DNA of 64,000 nucleotides from positions 18,068-82,067 of the forward strand of contig DAISWO010000001.1 of NCBI GenBank assembly GCA_036826295.1, in the 5' to 3' direction. The position numbers were made by a program, and so were the translations under genes. The notes below the pieces were generated by a model that saw only the letters and a list, made by a program, of their open reading frames with translations, ran no database searches and was not told the origin of the DNA. The stretch is from Candidatus Saccharimonadota bacterium. GTDB taxonomy: Bacteria; Patescibacteriota; Saccharimonadia; Saccharimonadales; JAGQNJ01. Of the stretch, positions 60,980 to 64,000 are shown one piece after another; position 1 is the stretch's first letter; the number at the start of each line of letters is the position of its first letter.

Positions 60980-61840
60980 CTATAAATCCTGCTCGATACT
61001 AGGTTTTGGGGCGTGCCCCGGACCTTTTACGATTACTGGTGCGGACACATCATCAAAATTATGCAATTGCTGTCTAGTAGCGGTATCGGGGTTATAAAAG
61101 TCATAATACAGTTCGATTAATTCCTGCGTATCAAGAGGTACAGACTTTACTCCGCATTGTTCGAGACCTGCGATTACGGCTTGGATCCGGTTTCGAAGCT
61201 CATCTTTTGCTTCGGCAAGGACTTGCTCGGTAACCACCACCTGAGGTTGCTTTGATTTGTTAAGCATACTCGACAACCCGGTAAAAAAATTCTTACTCTG
61301 CGTTATGGCGCGTTTAACTGAGACATTAGAGAAGAATGGCACAACGATATAAAAATATTTGTCCATAATATTTGATTCGGTAGATAGGTCAGTAATGTAA
61401 TCGATATAATCATCCATCAATATACCGAGAAGCATGTTGTCTTCTTGGCTTCTTGTTTTTGCCAGCTTGTCTAGGTACGGACGGATATCGACTTTTTGTG
61501 ATCGGATAAAGATTTGAATATCAAAATATAGTGAGTTTAGAAATGCTTGATAACCAGCCTCCACCGATTCTTGTTCCCCGGCGCTCATTAAATCAAAGTT
61601 AATACTTTTTGCCATAACGACAGAGCGAAAAGATCCATCGTTCATGATAACAATGCCGTCACGGATCTCTGCAATCTGTAACATATTCTGTGTACTAGCT
61701 GGATTTGCCTTTGGCTTAGCCGGTTGTTGAGCTGGGGCTGGTGCGCGGGTCGCGGCTTTTGCAGGCTGAACTACGCCTTGTACTGGTGGCTGGGCTGTTT
61801 GGGTTGGTGTCTGGGGTGGTTGGTTCATATTAGGATTCAT
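60980..61840 (-). CDS. T4SS-associated protein with Pro/Gln-rich N-terminus (possibly a separately encoded VirB4 N-terminal-like domain)
   Basis: The stop TAG is followed by AT and then the VirB4 ATG (translational coupling). The region LQIAEIRDGIVIMNDGSFRSVVMAKSINFDLMSAGEQESVEAGYQAFLNSLYFDIQIF resembles the extreme N-terminus of long Gram-positive VirB4 proteins. The first roughly 50 aa are P/Q/A-rich. Confidence 0.4.
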   Translation of the reverse strand: MNPNMNQPPQTPTQTAQPPVQGVVQPAKAATRAPAPAQQPAKPKANPASTQNMLQIAEIRDGIVIMNDGSFRSVVMAKSINFDLMSAGEQESVEAGYQAFLNSLYFDIQIFIRSQKVDIRPYLDKLAKTRSQEDNMLLGILMDDYIDYITDLSTESNIMDKYFYIVVPFFSNVSVKRAITQSKNFFTGLSSMLNKSKQPQVVVTEQVLAEAKDELRNRIQAVIAGLEQCGVKSVPLDTQELIELYYDFYNPDTATRQQLHNFDDVSAPVIVKGPGHAPKPSIEQDL

Positions 61841-61986
61841 ACGATAGAAACCAGATTAATTTTGTATGCTGCTTTTGTGACCATAAAGTAATCAATCCCT
61901 GTCTTGGTATTTTTGTCATGGATTGGGTAGTGTTTAGTTTTATCGAGATTCATTAGTTTGCCCACCAATAGGCTGATTCGATGTTA

Positions 61987-62955
61987 CTAATGTAGAGATA
62001 CGACTACCTCATCATCTGTATCACCGTTGCTAACTTCAGAGTCTTGCGTTACATCAATTTCTGAAGAAAGCTTACGCTTATTAACACCGTTAAGTATATC
62101 AGGAACTGCCGGTGGTGTCATCGGTTGTTTTGTTGTATTTTGCGAAGTGGTCTGTGTTGTCGTCTGTGGCGTTGCATATGCAGGGGTGTCTTGCCTTGCA
62201 GGGCTAGATTTCAAAATGATTCTTGGTGCCGGCGCAGATACTCTGGCTGGACTTGAGTTAGGTACTGAAGGCGTTACAAGATTAGGCGTAACGATTTGGT
62301 TGTTCTCAGCAATACTTTGCATGTTAGACAACAATTGCTGACGGCGGATTAACTCGGACTCATCAACCATGTTTGTTAGCTGGGCTGCAAGGGGATTGGA
62401 GGTTGAAGTGTTAAGCATATCAGCTGCCGGCTTAATTGCGGCTAAGGCGTCATCTTCGGGGGTTTTTTGGATCTCTAGTAACCGGTCGTTATTTTGCTGG
62501 TCCTCAAGTCGCCGGTTGCCGGGAACTACGTTTTTAACAATCCAGCCACGAGTATCCATAGTGTTGGCAAGTGTTTTGAGTCGGCTATTTACCTCTGATT
62601 TACTCAACCCATCAGAATAATGTTTTTCAATCTTTTTAGGCACAGTAACTTTTACTAGGTGTTCAATGCCCTCTTGGTCCCAAAGACGTTTTTTAGTGAA
62701 TAGAAAGAAGCGTACTTTTCCCAGTAGCCATATCTCTGATGATTGATCACGACCAAAAGGGGCGGCCAGCAGTAAAAAGAAAATTAGTGGAGGGATTAAC
62801 GGAATAGTCATAAACCATAAATTCTCCTTTATGAAAAAGAATCCTACAAAACCAATAGTTACAACTATCGACGCATAGATAAATTGACGCAGTGTAAATG
62901 GGCCTAGAAGTTTGTCTTCTGCCTCAATATCTTGGATTACTTTATACTCTGCCAT
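61987..62955 (-). CDS. PrgI-family (VirB3-like) T4SS membrane protein with long Thr/Gln/Pro-rich C-terminal extension
   Basis: N-terminus MAEYKVIQDIEAEDKLLGPFTLRQFIY followed by two TM helices matches the PrgI/VirB3 pattern (Y-x-IP-x-DI...GLTxRQ) as I recall it. Roughly 200 extra low-complexity C-terminal residues. Confidence 0.55.
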   Translation of the reverse strand: MAEYKVIQDIEAEDKLLGPFTLRQFIYASIVVTIGFVGFFFIKENLWFMTIPLIPPLIFFLLLAAPFGRDQSSEIWLLGKVRFFLFTKKRLWDQEGIEHLVKVTVPKKIEKHYSDGLSKSEVNSRLKTLANTMDTRGWIVKNVVPGNRRLEDQQNNDRLLEIQKTPEDDALAAIKPAADMLNTSTSNPLAAQLTNMVDESELIRRQQLLSNMQSIAENNQIVTPNLVTPSVPNSSPARVSAPAPRIILKSSPARQDTPAYATPQTTTQTTSQNTTKQPMTPPAVPDILNGVNKRKLSSEIDVTQDSEVSNGDTDDEVVVSLH

Positions 62956-63028
62956 ACTTACATATTAGCAAAAGCGGAATAATTTTGTTTATTAAAAAAG
63001 CTAAGCCTGCACTAACAAAACATTTCTT

Positions 63029-64000
63029 TTAGTTATTGCTTGTGTTGTTAGAGTCGATTCTGCGCGTTCTATTCCCTTCCCAGCGGAATTGTGGGTTTAC
63101 TTCTGTAGGTGTTGGCTTTCTCTCTAGTTTTTTGACAATCCTGCGAGGTAAAGCTGCTTTTGCTTCGGCCTTCTTTCGGGCTAAGTTGGCGTCGGCGTCA
63201 AATCTAGCATCTTCACGGTGCGCCTCTTTCCAAACTCTCCGTATTTCTTTATCGGTTTTTTTTCGTACCTCTCTGTCAGCTTTTCGTTTAGCTCGTTCTT
63301 TTACTTCTCGCTCATGAAGTTCGAATTCTTTTTTTGACTCATCGGCTTTTTCTCGGTGTTTACGAGCTTTTTCTCGTGCCTTAACGCTGTCTCTGCCGTA
63401 TATTCCACCAGGTTCTTGAAGTAATTCACCGGCTTTTTTGGTCACAAATTCCTCAACCTTAACTACGCGTGTTCTATTTCTCTCTGTTGTACCGGCTTTC
63501 GCAACTTGTTGCACTACTCTTTCGCCGTGTCTGTTGGTACTCGTAACAAAGCCGCTAGACTTTGTAGCTTTGATACGAAGTTGTTTTCTTTCCATGTCTT
63601 CTCTAGTGATTGCTTTACTACGGAACTGTTCTTTGACCTCACTTAGTCTTTGGCGTTGTCGAAGCCATGGCTTGATTCCGGCCGTTTGGTTTGAGCTTTT
63701 TCCTGATTTACTTTTGAGTACTCGTTGTTCGCCAAGCTTTCTTGCTCGTGCGTGAACACGATTTTCGACAAATTCCTCAAATTTATTTTTGGCAGGGACT
63801 TGCTCGACAATCTTTTCTGTTTTTTCCCATGCACCGCCGGGCCCCCGGACAACTACCTTATCAACTACATTTGCAATTCCCTGCGCCTCTACCTTATCAA
63901 CACCAATTACTTTGGCAATTAATAGTCCGCCTAGTTGTCGGTAGAATTTTGACCTATGTTTATCTCTTTCAGATTTAGCTGTGGATTCGACGGCTATTCT
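63029..64000 (-). CDS. highly charged Lys/Arg/Glu-rich protein, 5'-truncated by window edge (longer than ORF-track entry)
   Basis: The track lists 63029-63595 from an internal Met. My translation of the reverse strand from 64000 down to 63596 is stop-free and in frame (...RIAVESTAKSERDKHRSKFYRQLGGLLIAKVIGVDKVEAQGIANVVDKVVVRGPGGAWEKTEKIVEQVPAKNKFEEFVENRVHARARKLGEQRV...EDMERKQLRI...), so the CDS runs off the window. Confidence 0.5.
   Translation of the reverse strand, partial: RIAVESTAKSERDKHRSKFYRQLGGLLIAKVIGVDKVEAQGIANVVDKVVVRGPGGAWEKTEKIVEQVPAKNKFEEFVENRVHARARKLGEQRVLKSKSGKSSNQTAGIKPWLRQRQRLSEVKEQFRSKAITREDMERKQLRIKATKSSGFVTSTNRHGERVVQQVAKAGTTERNRTRVVKVEEFVTKKAGELLQEPGGIYGRDSVKAREKARKHREKADESKKEFELHEREVKERAKRKADREVRKKTDKEIRRVWKEAHREDARFDADANLARKKAEAKAALPRRIVKKLERKPTPTEVNPQFRWEGNRTRRIDSNNTSNN

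Noticed and set aside
60975-60982. Possibility that 60980-61840 and 59049-60977 are one frameshifted VirB4 pseudogene
   Set aside because: Not excluded, but the junction is TAG-AT-ATG with an in-place start codon and the downstream ORF is already a complete-length VirB4. I annotate two coupled genes and flag the alternative in findings.
62027-62620. Forward ORFs antisense to the PrgI-like gene
   Set aside because: Low-complexity Cys/Val-rich translations generated by the reverse complement of the Thr/Gln-rich tail.
63643-63978. Three overlapping ORFs at the window end (63643-63852, 63725-63922, 63742-63978)
   Set aside because: A single stop-free reverse-strand frame continuous with ORF 63029-63595 covers this region and is the more parsimonious gene. 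These ORFs are in other frames or strands.

Overview
This is a compact, low-GC bacterial chromosomal segment with almost no intergenic space, many abutting or overlapping convergent genes and several 2-4 nt stop/start junctions. TGA is used as a stop (rfbA, recF), so the standard code applies. The gene content looks like a Gram-positive-type, reduced genome (short YidC, Jag/KhpB, PrgI-type type IV secretion) and may belong to a Patescibacteria/CPR lineage, although lineage cannot be proven from sequence alone.

Layout:
- 1-9.5 kb: housekeeping genes, namely a partial metallophosphoesterase, an archaeal-type Asp/Asn-tRNA ligase, a CorC/CNNM transporter, DsbA, a Kef-type antiporter, nadD, uppP and an acidic hypothetical protein.
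- 9.9-46.4 kb: a roughly 36 kb cell-envelope glycan island. It holds GtrA; a Wzy_C ligase-like protein; an initiating polyprenyl-P sugar-phosphate transferase; glmS-glmM-rfbBCDA; a UDP-sugar dehydrogenase with no canonical start codon; a GtrB-like polyprenyl-P glycosyltransferase; at least three paralogous GT-C-like polytopic membrane proteins; a pyruvyl transferase, a UPF0104 membrane protein and a nitroreductase; several GT2/GT4 enzymes; a DegT aminotransferase with a PglD-like acetyltransferase; and a SAM methyltransferase with Wzm and a C-terminally extended Wzt.
- 46.4-46.9 kb: a RelBE-like toxin-antitoxin pair expressed from a near-consensus, apparently leaderless promoter.
- 46.9-53.1 kb: the replication-origin neighbourhood, jag-yidC-rnpA-rpmH divergent from dnaA-dnaN-recF. 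rpmH was missed by the ORF track. DnaA boxes flank dnaA on both sides.
- 53.1-64 kb, reverse strand: a Gram-positive-type type IV secretion (T4SS) module. It comprises a PrgI/VirB3-like protein, a small coupled ORF, a VirB4 ATPase, a 968-aa polytopic membrane protein ending in an M15 (VanY-like) peptidase, a secreted trimodular cell-wall hydrolase (SGNH esterase, amidase_2 and SLT-like transglycosylase domains) and a membrane-anchored protein. A highly charged protein at the window edge is longer than the ORF track shows.

No tRNA, rRNA or CRISPR was recognised. The T4SS module with its peptidoglycan-hydrolase arsenal and the multi-GT-C glycosylation island are the most interesting candidate systems.
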